This document shows positions 1 to 11,854 of a DNA stretch of 64,000 bases, in pieces. A program made the translations under genes and the position numbers. How positions within the stretch are numbered: position 1 is the first letter of the stretch; each line of letters begins with the position of its first letter. This stretch comes from Eledone cirrhosa (lineage: Eukaryota): positions 297,104,001 to 297,168,000 of the forward strand of contig OZ024743.1 of assembly GCA_964016885.1 (NCBI GenBank). The letters run 5' to 3'. The notes below the pieces were generated by a model. That model searched no databases, was not told the origin of the DNA, and saw only the letters and a program-made list of their open reading frames with translations.

Positions 1-53
1 TGATTTTGGGTTGGTTTCTACGGATGGATGCCTTTCCTAATGCCAACCACATT

Positions 54-92
54 TACAGTGTGTACTGGGTGCTTTTTGTCGTGACACCTACA

Positions 93-126
<34 letters not shown>

Positions 127-165
127 TGTAGGTGTCACGACAAAAAGCACCCAGTACACACTGTA
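54..165. repeat. Perfect palindrome centred on an (AT)n tract; the arms are RTE/SINE 3'-UTR sequence
   Basis: TACAGTGTGTACTGGGTGCTTTTTGTCGTGACACCTACACG-(AT)n-CGTGTAGGTGTCACGACAAAAAGCACCCAGTACACACTGTA, an exact reverse complement. Confidence 0.95.
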
Positions 166-397
166 CAAGGCTTGGCAGCTGGGTGAAAATAACCAACAAT
201 TTCACCTAAAATGGGATATAATAGTGACTGCCCCCCCATATTCCAATGGACAGGAATTTTGTAAATTATGTAATGTAGAATTATTTTGTATTATGAAATC
301 CAAAAACATTTTATTAAATAACAGAATAGAGCGATCGTTATACTGTAACCATCGCTTAAAATCTACATTTTCATATTATAAATACTACCAGGATTGA
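164..397 (+). pseudogene. C-terminal part of a Penelope-like GIY-YIG endonuclease
   Basis: Manual translation KAWQLGENNQQFHLKWDIIVTAPPYSNGQEFCKLCNVELFCIMKSKNILLNNRIERSLYCNHRLKSTFSYYKYYQD*; fits the W-x-I...PY...CxLCxxE...LLNxRxE...CxH pattern of Penelope-like endonucleases. Confidence 0.8.
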
Positions 398-866
398 ACG
401 CCTGTCTCTATCCCCGTTTGATTGTCAAAATAGATATGAACATTCTTTATTAGTCTTAATTCTATCAACTCTTCTATTATTTACCTTTTAATACAAACTG
501 CTATAGATAAAATGAGATTTCTGATTTCTTGATTCAATTCCCTAGTGCAAATACCAGCTGACTACTAGCATTGATGTTATTTAGTAGCAATCGAAATCTC
601 CCCCTTCCCCAATTGACACTTTATAATTAATACTACTGCACCAAATGACCAGCCCTGTCCACTGTCCAGTTGGTCAAGTAGAGATTAAAATTGGCACTCC
701 CAAAATTCTTATTTAGATTTACTCATGGTATTCTCATTAAAAACCCATTATATACTTGTTTAGCAGTAAATTATTTTACCATCTGTCATATTCTATCCCC
801 TCTGTTCCTTCCTCTTTTACTAATATAAATACTTCAATTTTTCTGATTTTATCCAGTTTATCCAAA

Positions 867-984
867 ATCTCTGAAGAAGTGACAACTGATTATACATTTG
901 CTATCGAATACTTGCTAACATTATATGATTACGCAAGCAGCGATACATAGGTATTCGGTCTGTTACAGAAACATATGTCAATAC
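867..984 (+). ncRNA. Type I hammerhead-like motif with a long branched stem II
   Basis: CTGAAGA (871) A GTGACA...TGTTAC A GAAA CATATG TC; palindromic stem III ACATATGT with a GUC site; stem I imperfect. Confidence 0.6.
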
Positions 985-1058
985 CTAATAAATTCCTTTT
1001 TTAACAAAAGCACTTTCATTTTATATTCATCCTTTCTATATATATATATATATATATA

Positions 1059-1392
1059 TCATCATCATCATCATCAAGGTTTAGCGTCTGTGTTCCACGC
1101 TTGCATGGGTTTGGACGGGGGTTTTCCCACTTGAGGCAAGAGTGGTTGTCTTGCTCGCATAGGACTATCTGGCGGGTTTTCTACAGCTGGATGCCCTTCC
1201 TAACACCAACCACATTTACAGTGTGGGGCTAGGAGGTTTTTACCGTGTTGCCTACACGGCCACATTTACAGCGTGAACTGTGTGTTTTTTTGTCGTGACA
1301 CCTACACGATCTCATTTGTTTCGGCCTGGATGTTGTGGCACCAACATAACTTTACATTGAGAGGGGCGGTGTGAATGGGGTGGGGGTGGTAT
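1059..1392 (-). mobile_element. RTE LINE 3'-UTR fragment with (GAT)n tail
   Basis: Near-identical to the 3' UTR of the RTE copies at 58841-59270 and 60180-60625. Confidence 0.85.
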
Positions 1393-1474
1393 ACATACTT
1401 ATATATATATACTTATATATATATGTATATGCTTATATATATATATATATACTTATATATGTATATGCATATAT

Positions 1475-1775
1475 AGGTGCTTGGCTTAGTGGTTAGAGCA
1501 TTGGGCTTGCAAGTTGTGAGTTCGATTCTCAGACTGGGTGATGCATTATGTCCTTGAGCAAGACACTTTATTACACATTGCTCCAGTTTACTCAGCTGTA
1601 TAAATGAGTTGCGACATCACTGGTGCCAAGCTGTATTGGCACTTGCCTTTCCCTTGGACAACATTGGTGGCATGGAGAGGGGAGACTGGTATGCATGGGT
1701 GACTGCTGGTCTTCTACAAACCTTCTCCAAGCTTGTCCTTCAAAGGGAAACTTTCTAGGTGCAAAACCATGGTCA
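1475..1775 (+). mobile_element. tRNA-derived SINE
   Basis: A box TGGCTTAGTGG, B box GAGTTCGATTC, central GTCCTTGAGCAAGACACTTT domain shared with other SINEs here. Confidence 0.85.
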
Positions 1776-2794
1776 TATATATATATGTTATCAGCAGCAG
1801 CATTTTATATCCACTTTCCAAGACCGAACAAGTCAGATCAACAAATCTTGCTCATATGTTCCATATTTGGCATGATTTCTATGGCTGGAAGCCCTTTTTT
1901 TAATGCCAACCATTACCACTTTACAGAGTGTAGTAGGTGGGTTTTTGTGGCAGCAACACTAATATTATGCATGGTGTACTGAGGGCATTTTATCACAGTA
2001 CCAGTACTAGTGAGCTTGAGACATGCACATCCATTACATTTATATGGAACCTTGGACTGGTAAATACCTTCTATGTATGTATGTGTTTGCCTTGTCTTGA
2101 GTTTATTTGACATTTATTGGTGACATTTGTTTATGTCCGTCATAAACAAAAATCAAGCAGCTTAGGAGTTTGATATGTAAAGATAAGTTACTTACTAAAA
2201 AAAAAAAAGAATTAGTGATGGTTGGCACCCAACAAAGACCCTTCCAGTCCTGCCAGTATGGAAAAGTGGCCATAAAAACAATGATGGTAATGATGATGAT
2301 GTTATACATACGTGTGTGTATGTGTGTATGAATATATTTACATATATACTTTCTCTTCCAAACATATAGTTATATATCTGCTTCTGTCTACACCTATTTA
2401 TATAAATGTAGACTATATATAAATAGGGATACTGAAATCGATGTAAACACACACACACATACACATGCACATACACACACACACAAACATATGCACACAA
2501 TCACACACACACATGCACTTAGGGAGAAAGAAAGAGAAAGAGAGATTTATATGTTTGACCTCTTGTGATAAGAATTGTGTTTATTTACAGTAGTAATTTG
2601 ATGTTTATAATAGTAAAAACAATTTAATAGAAAAAGAAAAACAGATTGAGAAGAAAAAAATGGAATGTAAAATAAGAAAATATAAAAAAACGGAAAAGGA
2701 ATGGAAAGGGAAGGACTCTAGTGTCACAGAAGAAGGGGAGGCGTGAGGGTGAGGGTGAAAGGCGAGGGTGAAGGGCGAGAGTGAAGGGTGAAGG

Positions 2795-3185
2795 GGAAGG
2801 GTGAGGGCAGTAAAGGGGCTGTGCCCCACAGACAAGACTGCAAAAGCATTCCCGCGGACAACAGGACCGTGACCTCTGGCGTTATGCAGTAATACAAAAG
2901 ACCCGACTTCCCACGCATACAAGCCGAAGCTGAAGCATATAGACAATATTCCCCCACCTCTCCCACTATGAAGTGGACGTGTAGGTGCCACGGTAAAAAA
3001 GCACCCAGCACTCACTGTAAATGAGGTTGGTGTAGGAAGGGCATCCAGCTGTAGAAACCAAGCCAAAATCAGTTCCAGTATGAGCAAGACATGGTCACCT
3101 GACCTGGCACTGACCATAACAGGACAACCCATCTAACCCATGCTAGCATAGAAGAATGGAATAAAACGGTGATGATAATGATGAA
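2795..3185 (+). mobile_element. RTE LINE 3' end
   Basis: Homologous to the end of the 16537-17466 ORF and its UTR; (GAT)n tail. Confidence 0.8.
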
Positions 3186-3559
3186 TAGTCAGCGACACCC
3201 ACTAAAAAGATTTGTGTTTCAATCAATAATAAGACCTATTGTTCTTTTTTTCAGAAAATTTGGTTGCAATTCCTCACAATTACAAAGTTGCTTGGCAGGG
3301 GTACATGTGGTGGATTACATTACCTTTCAGGATTCATCATTATCATTATCTGACTGTCACAACCCCCTTGCATTCATTGCAGCTTTCACTATCACCTATG
3401 ATCCTGTGGTTGGGTAATTAGCCCTGGCTATCAATGGGGATCAAATCCCTAATTGGAGTTTAAACACAGAATACAAATATCCAAAACAAATATTGCAAAG
3501 CATTATGTCTGATGCTCTAACAATTCAATCAATCTGCTGCTAGGAGATTACACCAAGGA

Positions 3560-4216
3560 AATGGACATCTTCAAATATCTAAGCACTTGGACAGAAACCA
3601 GAAAAAATGTCTGATGAGAATAGCACATGCTTGGTCAGTGTGTCACAAGTTGAAGAGGATATAGACATCACAGATGAGTAGAAGGATTAAAGAAAGTATT
3701 TTTATTGCAATGGTGGAGTCTGTTCTCTTGCATGGATCAGAAACATAGAGCATAACAAAGTAATTAGAAAAGAGAATTAATGGTTGCTATTAGAAGAATG
3801 TTGCACATGGGACTTAATGTTTCATGGAAACAGAAACCTACAACAGAGAATTAAGTCAGCAGGTTCCACCAGTAATGCTTATATTGCAACTAACCATAAC
3901 ATCTGAGATCAAAGAGTTGCTTCAGGTAGAGGTGCTACTTCTTTGAATTGAGAGATCACAGCTCCGATACTATGGGCATGTGGTTAGAATGTCTCAGGAA
4001 AGAATCACTGGACAGATTTTACAGACAAAACCAACTGGAAGGAGACCCAGGGATAGACGCCAAGCAAGATAACATCCATGAGCATGGCTAGTCAAGCTTA
4101 GGGATCCAGCCGGATCAAATGGAGATGGTAGCTTCTGACAGGACCCGCTAAAAGGAGTGTTTGAGGACTCTGCCCCATGACCATCTCAGGAATAAGAGGG
4201 CAAAGAAGAAGAAGAA
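3560..4216 (+). mobile_element. Decayed RTE-like LINE 3' fragment(s) with (GAA)n tail
   Basis: Remnant motifs LHGSET and QLRYYGHVVRMSQERI; the 3' part recurs at 20460-20802. Confidence 0.65.
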
Positions 4217-5709
4217 GGTCAAAGTCGACCTTGTTTGACCTTGGCAGGATTTAAATTCAGAATGCAAAGAGATAGAACAAGATATTCTATTAGACAACCA
4301 AATTACTACATGCTACAATTAGTTGTATTTGGGGCTACTAGATATTTTAAAAATTTAGTTTTCAGAGATGAGAATTCTATTGAGTGTCACGACAAATATG
4401 GATCTTCTTTTAGATTCATTGAATTTGATTAATTGAAGGTTTGACTCATGAATTACTATATGTGATTGAGTATTCCAATGACATGTATATTTAATGTATT
4501 TCTTAAGCCAAATTCATGTGAGACACCATGTGACAAAGCTGGATCTTTAAATGACTGGCATAATCCATCTGATGTGCTTCCACACACTTTCAGTCTATTC
4601 AATTTCTCCCACAAGCCTATGGTAAAGAAGCATCTGAAGATGTCATAGAATCTATTTATATTCAATATGACCTATCATCACCACCTCTTTCTTTACTCAT
4701 CATGTTCATTCTCTTTCCCCCATGTAATGTTTCATTGGCATCTGCCACTCTTACTATCACCCATCTCAACTGTTACTCATCACTCACTCTCTCATACAAT
4801 CTTTATTGCTATCCCATCACACAGCTCATGTTTTTTTTTTACTTAATCTCCTTACAAACAACCACCATATAGTTATCAAAGTCTCTCGTCTATCACTCCC
4901 TTTCCTACCATTATATTCTATTTCCTCTTCTACACTTATACTCTCTTTTCTTTCACCCTGTTGGTTATCATTTTTTTCTATTCAGATTTGCCTTGGAAGT
5001 ATGGAGAAAATGTAGAGTAGATAGGGATTTTTTAGTTTTGCAGAAGACAAGTAAACCTCTCTGGTGTTAATGTCATGGTAAAATACTGTCTGCACACTCT
5101 TGGCAAATGAACAGATACAATTTATGGTAAAAAGGACACTTTAATCTTGTCAAGTGCATGACAATCGTTTTAGTGCTGTCATCAAATTAAACTGCACTTA
5201 TAATAATGTGAAAATTGGTTGGTGTTAGGAAAGGTCAAGCTGTAAAAACCATGTCAAAAATGGAACATAAGAATGAGATGTGGTTTTCCAGCCTGTCCAG
5301 GAGGGGAGTAATTTGACATAAGAATTAACTTAGGATGTGGCAACCTATCAAAGCCATACAAACATGGAAATCAGTCTTAAAATAATATTGATGGTGGTGA
5401 TGATGATGATGATACACACACAGGCCCATCCCAGTATGTAAAATGTTAATGATTGTTATATGTATGTATGTATGTATCTCTTTCTCTTAATTTCGAGTAC
5501 ATTTTTGACTGGCCACCTTCCTGTGGCAAGGCTGCAAAAGAAAAGAAATTGTCATCCCTTGAATCGCAAGAATATTTTGCAAATTTTGAAGGTGCCAGCT
5601 ATTGCAGCCATTTGTAGTCTATGAATTAGGGAGCTGCACACTTTGTCTACAAATCCAAGTTCTGTTATACTTTGTTCCAATGATAGGTATGAAGCTGAAA
5701 ATGTATCTT

Positions 5710-5780
5710 GTATGTATGTATGTATGTATGTATGTATGTATGTATGTATGTATGTATGTATGTATGTATGTATGTATGTA
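5710..5780. repeat. (TATG)n microsatellite
   Basis: Direct reading; a longer one at 7100-7193. Confidence 0.95.
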
Positions 5781-5861
5781 TATGTGTAAATATGTATATA
5801 CATATATGCATGTGTATATATGTATATATATGTATATGAAAGTATACATATATACATATGT

Positions 5862-6135
5862 GCGGGGACATAGAACTAATTGGGCTGGATACCCCATTGC
5901 GCGGTTAAACCACTGGGAGTGAAGGACCCCTAGCCTTTGTCAAGGCAGTCTTCTAGGAGAAGACAACTCAGGAAACTGGGATAAATCCTGCAGCTCACCT
6001 GTATAAAACCTGCATAAAACCTGCAGCTCAGTAATTACTGATGATGTTGATCTTTTCTTCTTTTCGGGTTATAGCTACTGTCGTTCAGAGAGTGGGATTG
6101 GCTCAGTGCACAGTCTTTCCCCACTTAAAAAAAAA
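5862..6135 (+). mobile_element. Repeat resembling an RTE 5' UTR; diverged second copy at about 6490-6710
   Basis: Both copies share GGACAT(A/G)GAA...CCACTG...GACCCCT...TCTAG(G/A)AGAAG...AACTC...GATGTTGA...CACTTAAAAA. Confidence 0.5.
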
Positions 6136-6169
6136 TCTTCACGCATTGCACGATACCATTAATTAATAA

Positions 6170-6367
6170 TTATTAATAATTGTTTCTACTTTTGGCACAA
6201 GGCCAGCAATTACCCAGTGCATTACTGGTACTTTATTTTATCGACCCTGTAAGGATGAAAGGCAAAGTTAACCTCGGTGGGATTTGAACTCAGATCATAA
6301 AGGGCCGTAACTCTTTGCTGCAAAGCATGTCGCCCGACCCTCTACTGATACTGCCAATCCACCGCCT
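6170..6367 (-). mobile_element. tRNA-derived SINE, family 2
   Basis: Minus-strand head GGCGGTGGATTGGCAG..., B box GAGTTCAAATC, core AAAATAAAGTACCAGT, (AAT)n tail; copies at 29260-29440, 29467-29590, 50100-50283, 54280-54436. Confidence 0.85.
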
Positions 6368-6370
6368 TAT

Positions 6371-6471
6371 CTGCCCCCTCGTTATTGAGTATAGCCATTG
6401 AACGATATAACATTAGTAATTATTAATAATGTTATATCATTCAATGGCCATACTCGATAACGAGGGGGCAG
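6371..6471. repeat. About 100-bp imperfect palindrome
   Basis: CTGCCCCCTCGTTATTGAGTATAGCCATTGAACGATATAACATTA...TAATGTTATATCATTCAATGGCCATACTCGATAACGAGGGGGCAG. Confidence 0.9.
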
Positions 6472-7289
6472 CCATCATCATGTATGCATAGGGACATGGA
6501 AACACTCGGTTTGGTGACTAAGTGTGTGTTTAGCCCACTGAGAGAGATGACCCCTCGTCTTTGTTAGGACATCATTCTAGAAGAAGTAAAACTCTGATAT
6601 AAAGCCCTACAACTTGATAACACCCAGTGATGTTGACTTGTTCTTCTTATTGGATAACTATGTACGATATTCAGAGCGCATAAGCCTTTCTTCACTTAAA
6701 AATCTTTCAGGTACAGGCATCACGTGCATGTATGTATGCATGTATGTATGTTCTTCTGGTTTTATAATTTCACAAAGAGAGAGAGTCGGTTTCTAACATA
6801 GACACAAGACTCTCTCATTGGAATTTACACAACATCAGCTAGGTAGATTATGTATGCATGTCTGCATGTATGTGTAGATATGGATGTTATTGTATGTGTG
6901 GATGTGGATGTTTTGAGTTGTATGTGTGCCTGTGTATATGCTTTGTATCTGTACATGTGTATATGCAGTTATTAGATGCAAAATGTTTGGAATGTTTTAC
7001 ATATTTTTACTGTTCCATTAATGGATTGTACTTGTAATTTCCTAACTAGTTGTGTTCTTTTTGTTCCTGTGAAGCCCAGCTTCTCAAGATTTGTATTGAG
7101 TATGTATGTATGTATGTATGTATGTATGTATGTATGTATGTATGTATGTATGTATGTATGTATGTATGTATGTATGTATGTATGTATGTATGTAGGTCTT
7201 TGTGTATGTGTTTAATGTAATGCCTTACCTTATTAGATTGGATAAATGAAACTAAGCCACAGATGGTGATATTAATATATATATATATG

Positions 7290-7440
7290 TATACAATATA
7301 TTAACAAATGGAAACTATATTTATAAAACCTTATTTATTTCATTATACATATTTCAAGGGCCACCAAAGCAAACTATGGTGCACTTTCATCAGATAAAAT
7401 ATAATATAGGTTAGTTTTATAAATAAATATTGACATACCC
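7290..7440 (-). mobile_element. Hammerhead-bearing Penelope-like terminal fragment, family C (hammerhead 7337-7400)
   Basis: Minus strand ATTTTAT CTGATGA AAGTGCACCA..TGGTGGCCCTT GAAA TATGTA TA ATGAAAT; matches the arms at 43496-43853. Confidence 0.8.
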
Positions 7441-8093
7441 ATACATACACATACACCACTTGCATATTCATATATATATATGTATATATATGTATATATA
7501 TATATATATATATATGAATATGAAAGTGGTGTATGTGTATGTATGGGTACCAGTGTCAATGTGTGTATGTCTGTGTGTGTGTGTGTGTGTCAGTGTTAGT
7601 GTATGTGTATGTGTGTATGTGTACATGTGTGTATAAACATGATTATGCATGCACATTTAGATGTTTATTAAGATGCAAATACAGTGCAGTATAAGAAGCC
7701 TGGCATATATATAAACCCCCGACAGAGCAGTAGAGTGGTAGACAGACAGACACACAGACAGGCAAACAGACAAGCAGATATCAAGGAGCCATGACACAAA
7801 TTAGTGAGCAGACAGGAAATATCACAAATAAACCATCTCAGTAACTATTTAGCTAGGTAGATAGCCTAACCAACCATCCATCCATCCAACCAAAGAACTA
7901 TATAGATAAATATGGATGCAGCAAGGTCCATTAGTTAGTATGCTTTGCAATCATGAGGTACTGTGTTTGATCCCACTGTAGACAATCTTGGGCAAGTGTC
8001 ATTTACTATATTCCCAGGTTGAATCAAGCCTTGTGAGTGAAACTGGGTAAATGGAGATTGTTTAGAAGCCTTCCAGGTGGACTGTACCTTTAA

Positions 8094-8314
8094 CCCTTTA
8101 GCAATTACATTACTCTATATTTATTATTGTATTTTTATTGTAAAGGCTTTATCTTACATAATTATCTCGCATGATATTGAATCTACAAGATATTGATATT
8201 ATTTATTTTGAGAACAATACCTCAATATAAGGGTGAGCGACCAGTTATGGCTGGCTTGAACAGAAAGAGGTGAGAGAATTCTGGCAGGATATGGTCGGTT
8301 TAAATGTTAAAGGG
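8094..8314. mobile_element. piggyBac-type MITE
   Basis: TTAA on both sides; terminal repeats CCCTTTAGCA / TGTTAAAGGG; inverted copy at 62653-62859. Confidence 0.8.
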
Positions 8315-9949
8315 TTAATTCAAATGATTAGGCTTGTCATAGTGTCATGCCGAATCTCCCATGAGGATATATATGCATGTATGTATATATATTCTCGGGA
8401 GGACTCTTCAATCGTATCATGGACACGACAGCCTCCCTAGTGCTGGTGATCTACACAATAAACACATCCAGTACACACTGTAGAGTGTTTGGTGATAGGA
8501 AGTGCATCCAGCCATAGAAGACTCACCAGACAAAGAGTCGGGAGGATTTTCAGTCATGTCAAAGACATGAAAACCTCCTTACTGTTGGTGATTTACATGA
8601 TGAATGCACCAAAAACATGCTGTAAAGTGATTGGTGATAGAAAGTACATCCAGCCATAGAATTCTTGCCAAACCAAGAGTTGGGAGTTCTCTCAGTTGTG
8701 TCAAAGGCTTGACAACCTCTCCTGAGATCTTGATGGAACTTGAAACCAAACATAAATGAGACACAGGTACCTGGCCTGCCTGGGAGATCAGTACTAGCTT
8801 GGTCTATATAGACTTGTCCAAACCTTGCTAGCAGAGAAAGCATACATTAAAACAACAACGATGATGATGATGATGATATATATATAATACACACACATAC
8901 ATATGAAGAAAAAAAAATTACATGTAGGTATATATATATGTGTATGTGTGTGTGTGTATGTGTGTGTGTGTACATATGTATGTATGTATGTATGTATGTG
9001 TGTATATATGTTGCATCACCAAATCCAATCTGCTCATATTACAGTTTAATCAGCATCTACTATAGTATCAGCTGGTTTACAATTCACATGATAACTTTTC
9101 TTCATGATAGTCTCCTTGAAAAACAACAAGCAATTGAGCTGTTTCCCCAACATCAGTTAGGTACATTACATACTCTCTATGTGCACAGACTGGTAATCAA
9201 TATAAACCTGCAGTAGCACAGTGATAAAAGGGTTTGAGACGGTGATGGCGATAGTTGTGAGCTTTCAGGAAATTCATGCAGAGTGTGGACATTTGATCAT
9301 GGGACTGTGAAACTGATACCAGAATGTCCAACAGTGCTTACTAATTTTCTTTATGTTGCTTTGCTAGTTATTTCCAATATCCATATATCTTTTTCTCTTT
9401 CATCTTTCCTTTCATTTCTCCACTCCTTTCCTCTACTACCTCTCTGTTTTTCTCTCATTCTAAATTTCTTCTGTTGCTATTATTAGATCGGTAATTACTC
9501 TTTATTTACACAGTAATGGCCCAGTGCTCCATAGTAAAGCTTGTTCATCAATACAACAGCCTTTGGAGATTCCTCTGTTGTTGTTAGTGAAGAGAAGTAA
9601 AAACTACACTAATGGTGAACACCAATATCGTTATGTTTAGCAATGGTTGTGTTGGAAGCAGAGGTCTTAAAATTAATAATGGTAAAATTGAATTTCTGAA
9701 CAATAGGTTGTTTCTATTGGTTTTTGTAATCAATGAGTCCCTCAGAGTTCAGTCATAACTTATTCCCTATGGAAACTCATTTTAAAACACAGAAATATAA
9801 CTGTTTCCAGTAAACAGAAAACTTAAAGGCATTAATCTCCCTGCTGTTTAGTGAGAAGGTATTAATCTTAGTACTATAAACAATCATATAGAGGGTTGAG
9901 CGGTGGAATCAGATTGGAAGATGTTTATTTTGCTGGTCCTCTTACTACC

Positions 9950-10420
9950 AACTATCCCTGTACATCTCCCACATACAAAGTCTATCTTTTCTGTTTGTCT
10001 ACCTGCTATCCCTCTACACCTCTTGTGTATCCAATATTTACATTGTGTACATCAGGCATCTCAAACTGTGGGTCCCCCGAGGGCCACATGGATCACATAT
10101 GTGTTGTCTGAGGGCCACACACGACAACTAATTGCACACATTACAACTAATTTTAAACATTTTATATTACGAAGATAAAACATGCTCACGCTGTAAAAAC
10201 CTTTGTGCGGGCCTCAGGTGTACTTGTAAAGGGCCACATGCGACCTGCAGGCCACATGTTTGACATGCCTGGTGTACATTGTATAAAGTTTCTACCAACT
10301 CCTTTTCTAAATATAAAGCATGCCCACTTTCCTGATCAGATCAGGGCTCTGTCTTCTTTCCTATCTAATAAAACTTTAATTTTTGCCAGGTTTACTCTCA
10401 GCTGTTTTAATTCTGATTCT
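9950..10420 (-). mobile_element. Decayed RTE LINE fragment interrupted by a hAT MITE
   Basis: LRVNLAKIKVLL...SGKWAC..RKGVGRNFIQCT | QCKYWIHKRCRGIAGR aligns with the 16537-17466 ORF. Confidence 0.8.
10053..10271. mobile_element. hAT (Charlie-like) MITE
   Basis: 14-bp terminal repeats CAGGCATCTCAAAC / GTTTGACATGCCTG (13/14 match); perfect 8-bp target duplication GTGTACAT (10045-52, 10272-79). Confidence 0.9.
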
Positions 10421-11375
10421 AAAACTATAAATTCTTCTGCAGCTGTTCCACAGTATAAGAAGGTTATTGACATACAGAAGTTCTTAGAGACAGGAGAAGA
10501 AGAAGGAGGAGGAGGAGGAGAAGAAGAGGAAGCAGAAGAAGATGTACGGGAGAAAGAGATGGGTGTTATATAGGAAGGATGATGGGTTTAGTTACTAAAG
10601 AGTGTTGATGGAGGGGTTTGGTATGGGCTGGCCAAACGTCATGTCCAGTAGATGGCTGTGGTTCAGTAATGTAGAATAGGGTGGCAGGGCAGTGATGATG
10701 AAAATAGTTACTAAAGAACAATGATAGGGTGGTTGGGTACGAATGAGTCAAGTCATATTCACTACATGGTTGTGACACAATTGGTGCATTAAGTAGGGGA
10801 AGGGATATAAAGGTGTAGTGGATACTAATACTCCTTGCAGAAAGAGCAACATGAAATAAAGTGTCTTGCTCAAGGATATAATGCATTACTCAGTCTAGGA
10901 ATTGAATTTGCAACCTCATGATTGCAAATCAAATTCTCAAAGCCATGACCCTTCAATTTTCTGCCAGGAGTTGTGACTGGTAAATAGTATCAGCAATGGA
11001 AATACCAATGGTAACATTGTTTCCTTGGTCCACTTTGATAAGTTCCACCCCACTCGGTAAGTGAATGAGGTTAGTTCTTGTAGATTGATTCGATTTGGAT
11101 ACTAATAGCAGAAATGTTCAATCAAAATTAATGTTTTTAAACACAAAATTCTATTAGTTAAGAAAAATTGGTTTCTTGTAATTAACTGTCAAATATAGTT
11201 TTTTTTGTATAAAATAAACTGTAATATGCGGTGGAAAGTACAAAGCAATACTAATGGCAGTGTTTCAGCCTATCACACATTATTTATTATCTTAACCATG
11301 AAATTACCATCTTAACACGATATATGTGTTGATGACTGTGAAATATAGGACAATCAATAAGAGATGACGATGTTA

Positions 11376-11715
11376 ATTATGATGATGATGATGATGGTCG
11401 TGGTGGTTGTGGTGATGGTAGTGGGTTTGATGGTGATGGGGATGGTGTCAATGACCATGATGATAGTGGTGATGATGACAGTGATGATGATGATGATGAT
11501 GGTTGTGGTGGTTGTGGTGATGGCAGTGGGTTTGATGGTGATGGGGATGGTGTCAATGACCATGATGATGGCGGTGATGATGACAGTGATGATGATGATG
11601 ATGATGATGGTGAGGTTGCTGATGGTGATAGGGATGGTGTCAATGACCATGAGGAGGATGGTGATGTTGATGGTGGTAGTGGTGGTAGTGAAGGGTAGAG
11701 AGGGTGATGATGATA
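11376..11715. repeat. (ATG/GTG)n low-complexity tract with an internal unit of about 100 bp repeated 2-3 times
   Basis: GGGATGGTGTCAATGACCATGA occurs three times; (TAG)n follows at 11803-11854. Confidence 0.85.
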
Positions 11716-11802
11716 ATAACAACAGCAACCAAAACATTTGTAACTCATCAAAGATAATGTTATGAATTTTTAGGATGTTGTTATTGTTATGGGAAATGAG
11801 TG

Positions 11803-11854
<52 letters not shown>

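Larger units (their letters stand above)
164..1037 (+). mobile_element. 5'-truncated Penelope-like element: GIY-YIG C-terminus, 3' UTR, hammerhead, tail
   Basis: ORF remnant 164-397, hammerhead core 871-979, AATAAA at about 987, ends in (TA)n. Confidence 0.8.

Noticed and set aside
4456-4665. 69-aa ORF as an exon
   Set aside because: No recognisable motif or clear splice sites
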